Shown here piece after piece: positions 53,981-64,000 of a stretch of DNA of 64,000 nucleotides. The notes beneath the pieces are model-generated. The model was not told where the DNA came from. It made no database searches and saw only the letters and a list, made by a program, of their open reading frames with translations. The translations under genes were made by a program, and so were the position numbers. The stretch lies in assembly GCA_964016885.1 (NCBI GenBank), contig OZ024744.1:57722001-57786000 (forward strand), written 5' to 3'. Source of the stretch: Eledone cirrhosa. Taxonomy: Eukaryota. The stretch's first letter is position 1. Every line of letters begins with the position of its first letter.

Positions 53981-54475
53981 CACATAGACGCGTATATAAG
54001 TCCCACCTCAATCTCTTACTATATCAATTTTACTCTGGCCCTCACTCTATTTCATTCTACTTTCATTATCTCTCTCGGTCATTTAATGTCTCCCACTCAC
54101 TCCATCTCTCTCTCTTTCTCTCTCTCTTTCTCTATCTCGCTATTATTCACTCTTTTTCACTTTCTTCCTCACCCCTTCTGATCGTACTTTCCACACACTC
54201 ACGCCTACATATGCCGCACACTGCCACTTTCTCTCAATCTCTCACTTTTTCTTTTTCTATTCAATCCTTTTCTATTGTATATTTTGCGTTCTTTTCTAAA
54301 TTATACACACACTCTTTGTCAATTCTTTACTTTTCATTATATTTAATATTTTCTTTCACTTGCCTCTCCCACCTACCTACTTACCTACCTACATACCTAC
54401 CTACCTACCTACCTACCTACCTACCTACCTACCTACCTACCTACCTACCTACCTACCTACCTACCTACCTACCTA
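53255..54475. repeat. Polypyrimidine low-complexity tract ending in (CCTA)n
   Basis: CT-rich plus strand for about 1.1 kb; (CCTA)n at 54372-54475. Confidence 0.9.
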
Positions 54476-54539
54476 GATATCTATCATTCTATCACACACA
54501 CACAATTAGTCAAATGACCATTTGGATTTGTTCTAGGAT

Positions 54540-55428
54540 GTCCGTAGCAGCTCTGTCCCAGATGTGGTAACCCTATACTTACTGCGGCACCCAGATGTAG
54601 TTACCAATAGCCCATTGTGGCTACCAGATGTAACCCTATACCTACTGCGGAACCCTGATGTGGTTACCAATAGCCTATTGTGGCTGCTAGATGTAACCCT
54701 ATTCCTCTGTGACACCCTAATGTGGTTACCAAATGCCTATTGTGGCTACCAGATGTAACCCTATTCCTCTGTGACACCCTGATGTGGTTACCAATAGCCT
54801 ATTGTGGCTACCAGATGTAACCCTATTCCTCTGTGACACCCAAATGTGGTTACCAATAGCCCATTGTGACTACCAGATGTAACCCTATTCCTCTGTGACA
54901 CCCTGATGTGGTTACCACTAGCCCATTGTGACTACCAGATGTAACCCTATTCCTCTGTGACACCCTGATGTGGTTACCACTAGCCCATTGTGGCTACCAG
55001 ATGTAACCCTATTCCACTGTGGCACCCAGATGTGGTTACCAGTAGCCCATAGTGGCTACCAGATGTAACCCTATTCCACTGTGGCACCCAGATGTGGTTA
55101 CCAATAGCCCATTGTAGCTACCAGATGTAACCCTATTCCACTGTTACACCCAGATGTAGTTACCAATGGCCCATTGTTGCTACCAGACCTGTGAACAGTA
55201 TACCATTATGACTGCCAGATGTGGGAATGCCAATCCATTGTGGCTTCCAGTTGTGTGAACAGTAACCCATTGTCAGATGTGGGAACATTTTCCCATTGTG
55301 ACAGCCAGATATGGTAGCAGTAGCCCATTGTGACTGCCAGATGTGGTAACACTATCCCATTGTGGCTGCCAGATGTGGTAACACTATCCCATTGTGGCTC
55401 CCAGATCTGGGAACAGTAGTACATTGTG
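54540..55428. repeat. Minisatellite, ~61-bp unit made of two ~30-bp subunits, decaying to monomers
   Basis: GATGTGGTTACCAATAGCCCATTGTGGCTACCAGATGTAACCCTATTCCTCTGTGACACCC repeated. Confidence 0.92.
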
Positions 55429-56334
55429 ATACCTCCACCTGAACTTTATAGACTTTTCATATCAGGCTTGCCAGATAAATTATATAATAACTAGTGCAAA
55501 ACTTTTAAAAAGAAGTATGTTTGTTGTGTTGAAAAATAAATAAATGAATATAATTTCAAATAAGCTATTTTTTTAGGATATTTCTTTGAATTAAAAATTA
55601 CGATTCTTCAAAAAATAAACGATAATAATAATAAATTTCACAAATTCAAATTCTATTTCTCCCATCCCCTTCCTTACCCATATATATGTGTGTGTGAGTT
55701 TTAATTTATTTAGTTGATCATTTAATATGATGTTCAATCAATAAAAAAAATGTTTACCTTTAATCCTTTTAATATCAAGCTACCTGAAACCACTCGAGGT
55801 TGTCTACAATACAAAACTTGTTTTTAAAGTGTTTATATTCATCTAAAACCTTCCATCATAATTTTATGTAAGAAACTTTATGTTATGTTCTTAACACCCT
55901 TCAAATTCTTGATTTTTTTTTATTTTCAAAATTATTTGAAAATCATAAGCAGTGCCTTTTCATGAGAAAAATGATTTCAAAAGAGTTAAAAATTAAAAAA
56001 AGAATTTATTTCCCTTCTTCAGTAATTTCTTCCTCATGATTTGTAAATGTTTGAGTCACATCTGTATGGCTTTGCTTAGAGTAAAAATTAAAGCAGTTAA
56101 TGTTTTGCTTTTGAAAGTAAAGCCAATCCCATCTCATTTCTTAGGTTAAGTTTAGTGGAAGCAGTGCCAGATTTACCATTGTGCTTAGGTGTGCTTAGGT
56201 ACAAGGGCCCTTTGGCCAGCGGTGGTGGTATCTTGCTGCCAAAAATTTTTTTTACGATGAATTACCTCCTTCAGGGCCCAAGTAAGGAGCCTCATAACTT
56301 AACTAGCACAGGAGGACCCCATTTGTCCTAAATC

Positions 56335-56540
56335 CGACACTGGCAGTGGAGACTTCTGGTGTCCTCGGCCCCAGGGCTACCTCCTTACTCACCGTCATAG
56401 GCGCTGAGTTGGCCAGCCGCAGGTGTGAGCCCCGCAAGTTGGAGTGGCTTTTCCAGCACGTCTCCCTTGCCGTCCTCCAGGGAAACGCCTTCTCCATTCT
56501 GTCCGGCGGGGCTGTGGGTGGGCCCCATCGCGTACCGTTG
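56335..56540 (+). mobile_element. CRE LINE 3' terminus
   Basis: LAVETSGVLGP..LEWLFQHVSLAVLQGNAFSIL. Confidence 0.85.
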
Positions 56541-56665
56541 TAGTTGTAGAAGAAACAGGAAGACAACAACATACATATGAGATTATATTCTCTCACAAAT
56601 TCATTGAATGAAACTTGAGAATACTGTCTGTTAATAGAATGATGTTTTTTTTCTCTAACATGCAG

Positions 56666-56708
56666 AGAATTAGAACGTAAAGATATGACACAAAAACCAT
56701 TAAAATCT
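56666..56708 (+). CDS. Candidate 43-nt internal host exon (x-ELERKDMTQKPLKS)
   Basis: Acceptor TTTTTTTTCTCTAACATGCAG, donor GTGAGT, open frame; no homology recognised. Confidence 0.3.
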
Positions 56709-57429
56709 GTGAGTGGAGGATATCTTTTTTAACTTGTAGCATTTCACAGTGACTCAGTGTAAACAGTCTGTGTATATTCTCACAAATCTGGTGATCCAGA
56801 TTCAACAGCTGTATGTTTAAGTTTTACACCAAAATTCTATCTCAATCTCATCAATCAAATGTTGACAGTTTGTGTGTCTCTATTTGTTGAATCTCTATTT
56901 TTCCAATTTTATATTAATCAGTGAAAGCTAAAGCAATCCCTGTAAACAATGAGCAAATATGACTAAAACTCTTGAAGGAAAACTTTTAATCTTGTGAATG
57001 GTTTCCTTATTTCTAAGTACTCAATTCAAGAGTTTTTTGCATGCACCTATTAAAAAATTTAAACACTATTTAATGATAATTTCATAGTAAAAAGATTAGA
57101 AAACTCCTATCAAAAGTTAATTTTCTTTTTATATAAGAGGTACTGTTTTTCTAGGTCTGAATTTGTTTCAAGATTCACTTATTGTAGATGTTAAATTTTG
57201 TAAACATAAACAATTATAAGCACAGACAATGTAAAACTGTGTAATTCATCTAAGAAACAACAGTATTCCACCTTTGTCTTTTCTTTCAAGCAGCAAATTA
57301 ATTTGTTTTCAACTTCAATCAACACAAGCCTCACAAATGTTAAATATAGTTAATTAGTTACATGTAAGTACATAGCATTAAATTCTCTTGCAGCTAGATA
57401 TCATTTGAAAATATTATTTTTATGGCTGA

Positions 57430-57917
57430 TTCTTTTTCTCCGTACGTATAAAAGGAAGGCTGTGAGTCGTGCGCAATGCTGCATAGTAGTGAAACATGGG
57501 CTGTGACCGCAGAAGACATGCATAGACTGGACAAAAATAAAGCAACCATGGTTTGTTGGATGTGCAATGTACATGAGAGAGAAAGGCAGAGCTTGGACAA
57601 ACTGAGAGAGAAACAGGGTAAGGGAAATCCGAGATGGTGTGCAGCAGGATAGAAGACTACGTCCGTATGGACATATGATGCACATGAATGACAGGTGAAG
57701 AAATCCCAGGAAGAAATGCCAGTGGAAGGACGCCGCAGTACAGAGCAACCAAGAAAAACCTGAGCAGAGGTGAGAGCTGACCTCAAATTGCTAAGATTGG
57801 CAGAGGAGATGACGAAAGAAAGCAACAAGTGGAGAGATGCTGTGCTGAGAAGAACCCATCCAACCCATGCAAGCATGGAAAAATGGATGTAAAAACGATA
57901 ATGATGGTGATAATGAC
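57430..57917 (+). mobile_element. Decayed RTE LINE 3' end
   Basis: AMLHSSETWAVTAEDM..YGHMMHM..PRKT. Confidence 0.85.
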
Positions 57918-58029
57918 ACTTACTTTTTGTTAACCATCATATGGTTGAAATGGAAATCATTTTCATTGGTTGATAAAACTGCAAAAGCCCATTATCATAC
58001 ATACATACATACATACATATATATATATG

Positions 58030-58168
58030 AGATTAGACCATTATTAAAATCCAATTAGACCATCATTAGTACTGCATGGAATTAGACCATCTCTAGTATT
58101 GTACTGAATTAGACCATCTTTAGTATTGTACTAAATTAGACTATCATTAGTACTGTACTAAATTGGAA
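58030..58168. repeat. 27-bp minisatellite
   Basis: AATTAGACCATC(A/T)TTAGTA(C/T)TGTACT units. Confidence 0.85.
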
Positions 58169-59741
58169 CCATTACAGATGCAGCAGTAAAGTGTTATTTT
58201 GTTGTTATTTATGTCTGTATAGTGATTAGTTTTATCACCTTCTCCCTCTACAAACTGTATTCTATAAACTGTAGTTTATTCTACAAACTGTAGTTTATAA
58301 CATGCCCATGGCAGGCTGTCAGTGAAATAACGAAGAAGACATGTTTAGCTAATATCTTATCTGCTTTATCGCAGTATGAAAACTGTAATACAATGACCCA
58401 ACCAATGTTGTGCTGTTGTCCACTGTCTGTTGGTTGTCCATGTGTTTGCAGAAATAGATTAACCCAGAAATGTGTAATCAATGCTCGTTAGAAGATTTCT
58501 ATGCTGTCATAATAACTACACTTCCGGCACTGAAGTAGCGATTTGATAATTTAATGTGCCAATGTCTCTTGAAGTGAAGTTTCGAAGAACTGTATAGCTT
58601 TTCTTCCTTTCCTTTCCTGCTCTTGCAACAAGCTCATCCATTTGCAGAGATGCAGTCGGTGTCTGTCATATTTATTTATTTTTTATCCATATCTCCGTAT
58701 TTAAAAGCAGAGTTCATCATTTAGATATTTCTTCTCTCCGCCACCACCACCCCCATGACCCCACCTCACCACATAATTGTATTTATTGTGCGTTTATCTT
58801 AGGAAAAGATAAAAGACTATTTAGACATGTCGGTATTAATTACATATTTATTTATTTAGTTTTTTTTCCTTATCTACTTTGTCTAGATTATCAAGAACTA
58901 GCTCACTGACATTGTTTCTCAAACATTGAACTTAACAGGAATTATCATCATCATCATCATCGTCACCATTGTCATCGTCGTCATCATCATCATCATCACC
59001 GTTGTCAACATCATCATTTATTGTCTGCTTCCTGTGCTATCAGGGGTTGTGAATAAATGATCAGTGAATAAATGAATCGAGGAGAGTAAACCTTTTTCTC
59101 ATGATCCCTGTTTTGGATGGTTTCTACAGCTAGATACCCTTTCTAACACCACCCACTTTACCGAGTATACTGGGTGCATTTTATGATGGCATCACAACTA
59201 CAATTTTACAGGGTGTGCTGGGTGCATTTTATCACGGTACAAGCAGTACCACTTTACAGGGAATTTATATTCTTAAAAAATAAATATATCATAAATATAA
59301 CATGTAGAATATTTCATACCCTATGTCTATCAAGGAATGCAGGAACTGTATAATAACTGGAGACTATCAATGGTAAAAAAAAAATACTAAATAAATAAAA
59401 AAAAAAAAAAAAAATAACTGCTGAATTCCATCCATTACATTGAAATTGACAAGCTGTCATCACTGCAAACAACCATTGAAATAGAATGCAGATTTAGAAT
59501 AAAATTAAAGTAGATATAACTACCATTTTTGTCATTTGAAGCCTTAGATGTGAATAGAATAAACTGTGAAGTGTAAACACTTTCTACTATTTCTCTTTTT
59601 AGAGAAAACCATAAGAGATTATTCTTATGCTTGCATTTCTTTGATTCTGATTGATTCATTTAGAAACCAACTACCCCTGTGATTCTGTCTATAGAGGTAT
59701 GTTGCTTTGGCAACACTGTATATGTAGCTTGTGTGAAGTGT

Positions 59742-60020
59742 GAAGTCATATGGCTTAGTGGATAGGGAGTTCAGCTAAAAGTCATGAGTTTCATAAGTTC
59801 AATTCCTGGAACAGGTGGCACATTGTGTCCTTGATCAAGACACTTTATTTAACATTGCTCTAGTTCACTCAGCTGGCAAAATTAAGTTGTACCTGTAATT
59901 CATGTGGCCAACATTTTCATACATTGTGTTACACTGAATCTCTTTGTGTCTGGAATTCTCAGTTACTTAATTTCATATTAATTTAATGAGCAGGCAATTC
60001 CATTGAATCAACTGCCTTGG
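59742..60020 (+). mobile_element. CORE-type SINE S3
   Basis: TGGCTTAGTGG A box, AGTTCAATTCC B box, TGTGTCCTTGATCAAGACACTT. Confidence 0.75.
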
Positions 60021-60149
60021 TTGTAAGATTGTGTGATTGACACAAAAAATATGATTTTAAAAAACCATATGGTTTCCGGTTCCATTCCACTGTCTGGCAC
60101 CTGGGGCCAGTGTTTTCTACTATAGCCTTGGGTTGACCTTGTCTTAGTA

Positions 60150-60530
60150 GTGGAATTATATTTCCTGTTTCCCTGTAGAGGTAAATGTCAAAGGGTTTGT
60201 CAGAACAAGAGTTGACTCGCTCTTCAGGGGCCTTGGACTGGTGACAGAGGAAAGGTAAAACCCTTCAAGGGCATTATCAGAAGCAGCTGAGGAAGTGAGT
60301 TATTATAAGTGGCTCAAAAGAGAAGACAAATGGTGAGCTTAACTCATTGAGGTCATCAAATTTCATGCTTTTCTGATGCATTGAGTCAAATGGAGTCACA
60401 ACATCAGACTCACCAAAGATTGTGTTGTTGTGCAGGAGTTTTGGTGAGTATCCCCCAAGTGGCTCTGGTATCATGGTGGAAGGAGCTGAAATACCTACAG
60501 AGTTACTTGACTAACTAATGAGACATTGGA
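60150..60530 (+). mobile_element. HERO-like (R2 superfamily) LINE C-terminus and probable 3' UTR
   Basis: CFPVEVNVKGFV..LFRGLGL..ALSEAAEEVSYYKWLKRED matches the PVEVGCRGF..AAE..WLKR pattern. Confidence 0.65.
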
Positions 60531-60614
60531 TTCTGCATTCACAGATGGAGCACAGCAGCACCTTCAGTGCAAATGTGGGTTTACCAAGCATATATATAAA
60601 CGTATGTAAGATGT

Positions 60615-60817
60615 GGGAACATGAATTGAGCTGTTATTTTTCTCTAAAATCATTTTTTCCCAATGCGCCCTCCTGTCCCTTCAATCTTTCTAATTTCTCA
60701 TTCTTTCTTTTGATGAAGGACTAGCGTCCAAAACGTTAAGAGCCGCTTCCTGCTATTTCAAGCATTAACCTAATGTATTCCTTCCATTTACTGTATTGAT
60801 TGCATTGTTATTTCTGT
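60615..60817 (+). mobile_element. Solo family-B pLTR with mutated hammerhead
   Basis: TCTT TTGATGA AGGAC-TAGC-GTCC AAAA CGTT AAGA (core C and G substituted). Confidence 0.78.
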
Positions 60818-60940
60818 CTACCTTATAACAATTAGGACAACCTTGATCTCATGAGAGTCCCAAATCCTTTTTAATTCGCACTTTGAATCTTGGTATCGGT
60901 TAATTTTCTCCTTCTCCTTTTCTTGCGCTCTTGTATTATT
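60818..60940 (-). mobile_element. R4/Dong-like restriction-like endonuclease fragment
   Basis: EKEKEKINRYQDSKCELKRIW..IKVVLIVI. Confidence 0.55.
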
Positions 60941-60952
60941 ATCATTACTATT

Positions 60953-61140
60953 ATGGTTTGGCAGTATCAGTAGAATGTCAGACACCATGCTTTGCAGCAT
61001 AGAGTTATGGCCTTTTACGTTCTGAGTTCAAATCCTACCGAAGTTAACTTTGTCTTTCATCCTTACAGGGTCAATAAAATAAAGCACCAGTAATACACTG
61101 AGGTAATTGCAGGCCTTATGCCAAAAGTAGAAACATTATT
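60953..61140 (+). mobile_element. SINE S1
   Basis: Homologous to 2060-2275. Confidence 0.8.
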
Positions 61141-61159
61141 ATTATTATTAACCTACTGA

Positions 61160-61545
61160 AAAAGAAATTTGAAAATCAGGTTGGAGAGGGAAGTACCCCC
61201 TTCCCAGCAATTTGTTGAAAGATGGGTGAGAGAGACAAGCATAGCCCAAGTGAATAGGCCTGTTCTGAGTATGTAGATTGGAGGTGGAAAACTGGATGAG
61301 GGCACTTGCCCTGGTGGTCAGGGTCACCGTAGCTTTTTGTGGGCTCTCTCCAAGAGTGTCCCTCGGAGGTCTCCCCCCTATTGGGAAATTTATTTTGTTT
61401 CATTATTTTTGTTTCTTCCTTTGTTATTGTTTTTTTTTTTTTATTCATACACAGAAATGGCCATCCTGTGCTGTCCTATACCATCCTGTGCTGTCCTTAA
61501 TGTTATACTTTATGTCAACCCTTGTGGTTAATAAAGAAAGCATTA
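61160..61545 (+). mobile_element. Tx1-type LINE 3' end
   Basis: KIRLEREV..FVERW remnant; terminus CCCTTGTGGTTAATAAAG resembles CCCTTTGGCTAATAAAG at about 28510. Confidence 0.55.
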
Positions 61546-61669
61546 TTCACCTGGTAGGATATATTTCCTTTCGGTCCTTGGGTGTTGCTGTTCAGTAATT
61601 TCCAATGATCAATAGCATGAAGAACAGATCCATCTGCATCATCTTTTTATTATTATTATTTCTATTTTT

Positions 61670-63910
61670 AACCATGACCATCACCACTACCAACACCACC
61701 ATTACCAATGCTATCACTACTACTGCAACTGCTACAGCCACTACCACCACCGACACCACCACCAACACCACAACCAACACCACAACCCCTACCAATGCCA
61801 TTATCACCACCATCATCATCACCACCGTCATCACCAACATCCCCAACACCAACATCATCATCCCTACCACCATTTCTATCATCATCACCAACATCATCAC
61901 CATCATCATCCCTATCATCATAACCAACATCACCAACATCATCATCACCATCATCACCATCATCACCATCATCACCAACATCACCTACATCAACCATATC
62001 ATCATCTCCATCATCACCACAAACACCACCAACATCACCAGCATCATCATCATCATCACCATCCCCCATCACCATCATCAACAATATCATCATCACTATG
62101 ACCGCCCCTTAAACCAATGACGAAGATGGTGTAGATGAAGATGACAAGAAATAACGTAGTAACAACATAATCTGCTTGAGATTAAACAGCAGCTATATCA
62201 TCACCATCACCACCACCATCATCATCTCCCCCCCCCCTCCACACACATACACCACCGCCACCGCCAACACCAACACCCCACCCCCAGCACCACCATCACC
62301 ACAACCACCACCACCACAACCCCCACCACCAACACCACCACAACAAGAACAGTAACAACATCAACAATGACAGCATCAACAATAACAACGACAACAATAA
62401 CAACAACAATGGCAGCAACAGCAGTTCACAGCAGCAACAAAAACTCTAGCAACTTCAATGGTAAACACAACAGCTGCTGCAGTAAAACAACTGACTGAAG
62501 ACTGAAGGCAGAAGACATAATATTGGTGGTGGCGGCGGCGGGGTTGGGGGGGGGGGGGTTATGATGATGGTGGTGGTGGGGGGTGGGGTTGTTGTGGTGG
62601 GGGGGGATTACGGTGGGGGGGGGGTTATGATGCTGGTGGTGGTGGTGGTCATGGTGGCGCAGGGGGGATTATGGTGGTGGTGGGGTGGGGGTTATGGGGG
62701 TGCGGGGGGATTATGGTGGGGGTGGGGAGTTATGATGCTGCTGGTGGTGGTGGTGGTGGTCATGGTGGTGCAGGGGGGATTATGGTGGTGGTGGGGGTGG
62801 GGTGTATGATACTGGTGGTGGTGGTGGTCATGGGGGGGTGAGGGAGCTGGTGGGGGAGGGGGTATGGTGGTGGTGGTGGTCATGGGTGTGAGGGAGCTGG
62901 TGGGGGATTATGATGCTGGTGATGGTGGTGGTGATGGTCATGGGGGTGAGGGAGGTGGGGCGCGGGGGGAGGGATTATGATGGTGGTGGTGGTGTTTGGG
63001 GGCGGAGAGTAGTGTTCGTGTTGTTATTGGTGGTGGTGGTGGTGACGATGGTGATGGCGACGGTGGTGGTGGTGGTGGTGTTGATGATAATGATGATGAC
63101 GATGGTGGTGATGATGATGATGATGGTGGTGATGGTGATGACGACTGACGATGATAACGATGATAATGATGATAAAGATGAAGATAATACTGTCAATGGT
63201 GGTGATGGTAAGGACAATAGCATAAAGACGACTGTGGGTGCGAGGAGGAGTTGCTGCATTCCTATCGATCTGCCATTCCATTCAACACGGCTCAAGTGAT
63301 TCCATCAATGGAAGGAATGCTACACAATCTCCATCTTTACAGAGAAACCAAACACAGCAGCAATGTATGGTGGTGGTGGTGGTGGTGGTAGTGGTGGTGG
63401 TGGTGGTGGTGGTGGTGACGGTGGTGGTGGTGATGATGGTGGTGGTGGTGGTGGTTGTGGTGGTGATGATGGTGGTTGTGGTGGTGGTGGTGATGATGGT
63501 GGTTGTGGTGGTGGTGGTGATGATGATGATGGTTGTGGTGGTGATGGTTGTGGTGGTGATGGTGGTGGGTGTTGTAGTGGTGGTGGTGGTGGTAGTGGTG
63601 GTGGTGGTGGTAGTGGTGGTGGTGGTTGTGGTGGTTGTGGTGGTGGTGGTGGTGATGATGATGGTTGTGGTGGTGATTGTTGTGGTGGTGATGGTTGTGG
63701 TGGTGCTGGTGGTGGGTGTTGTAGTGATGTAGTGGTGGTGGTGGTGGTAGTGGGTGTTGTAGTGATGATGGTTGTAGTGGTGGTGGTAGTGGGTGTTGTA
63801 GTGATGGTGGTGGTGGTGGGTGTTGTAGTGGTGGTGGTGTTGTATGTGTGTGTGGTGGTGGTGGTGGTGGGGGGGGGGGGGGGGGGGGGTAGTGGTGATA
63901 GTAGTGGTTA
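61670..63910. repeat. (CAC/CAT/CAA)n then (GGT/GAT)n trinucleotide low-complexity block
   Basis: C/A-rich 61670-62440, G/T-rich 62524-63910 with G-runs. Confidence 0.92.
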
Positions 63911-64000
63911 AAAGAGGGAGTATCCCAGAAATTAAATATATTTGATTCCTTTGATGTCTTGTAGAGAAAAGGGAGGAAAAAGAAAGGAAGAGTTTATGAA

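Noticed and set aside
53009-54570. 390-aa and 304-aa hydrophobic ORFs
   Set aside because: Produced by the CT-rich tract, which lacks stop codons
60277-60474. 65-aa minus-strand ORF as a host exon
   Set aside because: Overlaps the HERO-like C-terminus and 3' UTR on the opposite strand
61592-63911. Asp/Gly/Val/Met-rich ORFs
   Set aside because: Low-complexity trinucleotide translations

Overview
Repeat-dominated, AT-rich eukaryotic DNA, most likely cephalopod (Octopus-like; inferred from the SINE/LINE mix and extreme (TA)n/(CA)n/(CAT)n density). No intact host gene is recognisable, and almost all listed ORFs are microsatellite artefacts or decayed transposon frames. The window holds fragments of RTE, Tx1/L1, CRE, HERO-like and R4-like non-LTR retrotransposons, a Neptune-type Penelope-like element (PLE; RT thumb plus GIY-YIG), a decayed Tc1/mariner, hAT and TTAA MITEs, helentron-like elements, tRNA-derived SINEs and several minisatellites. 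The main unexplained signal is a set of about ten sequence-distinct non-coding fold-back elements, mostly sitting in (TA)n. Each is two head-to-head arms; most carry a minimal type I hammerhead ribozyme (CUGANGA...GAAA, palindromic stem III), often in both arms. One arm carries an extra 60-100 nt tail, and in most families the tail starts with a shared ACTC...TTGAGT(G/A)CT hairpin motif. One family (29.9-31.1 kb) is a tandem ~420-bp hammerhead monomer with an octamer motif, resembling a retrozyme/circular-RNA producer. All calls were made by eye; boundaries are approximate unless a TSD is quoted.
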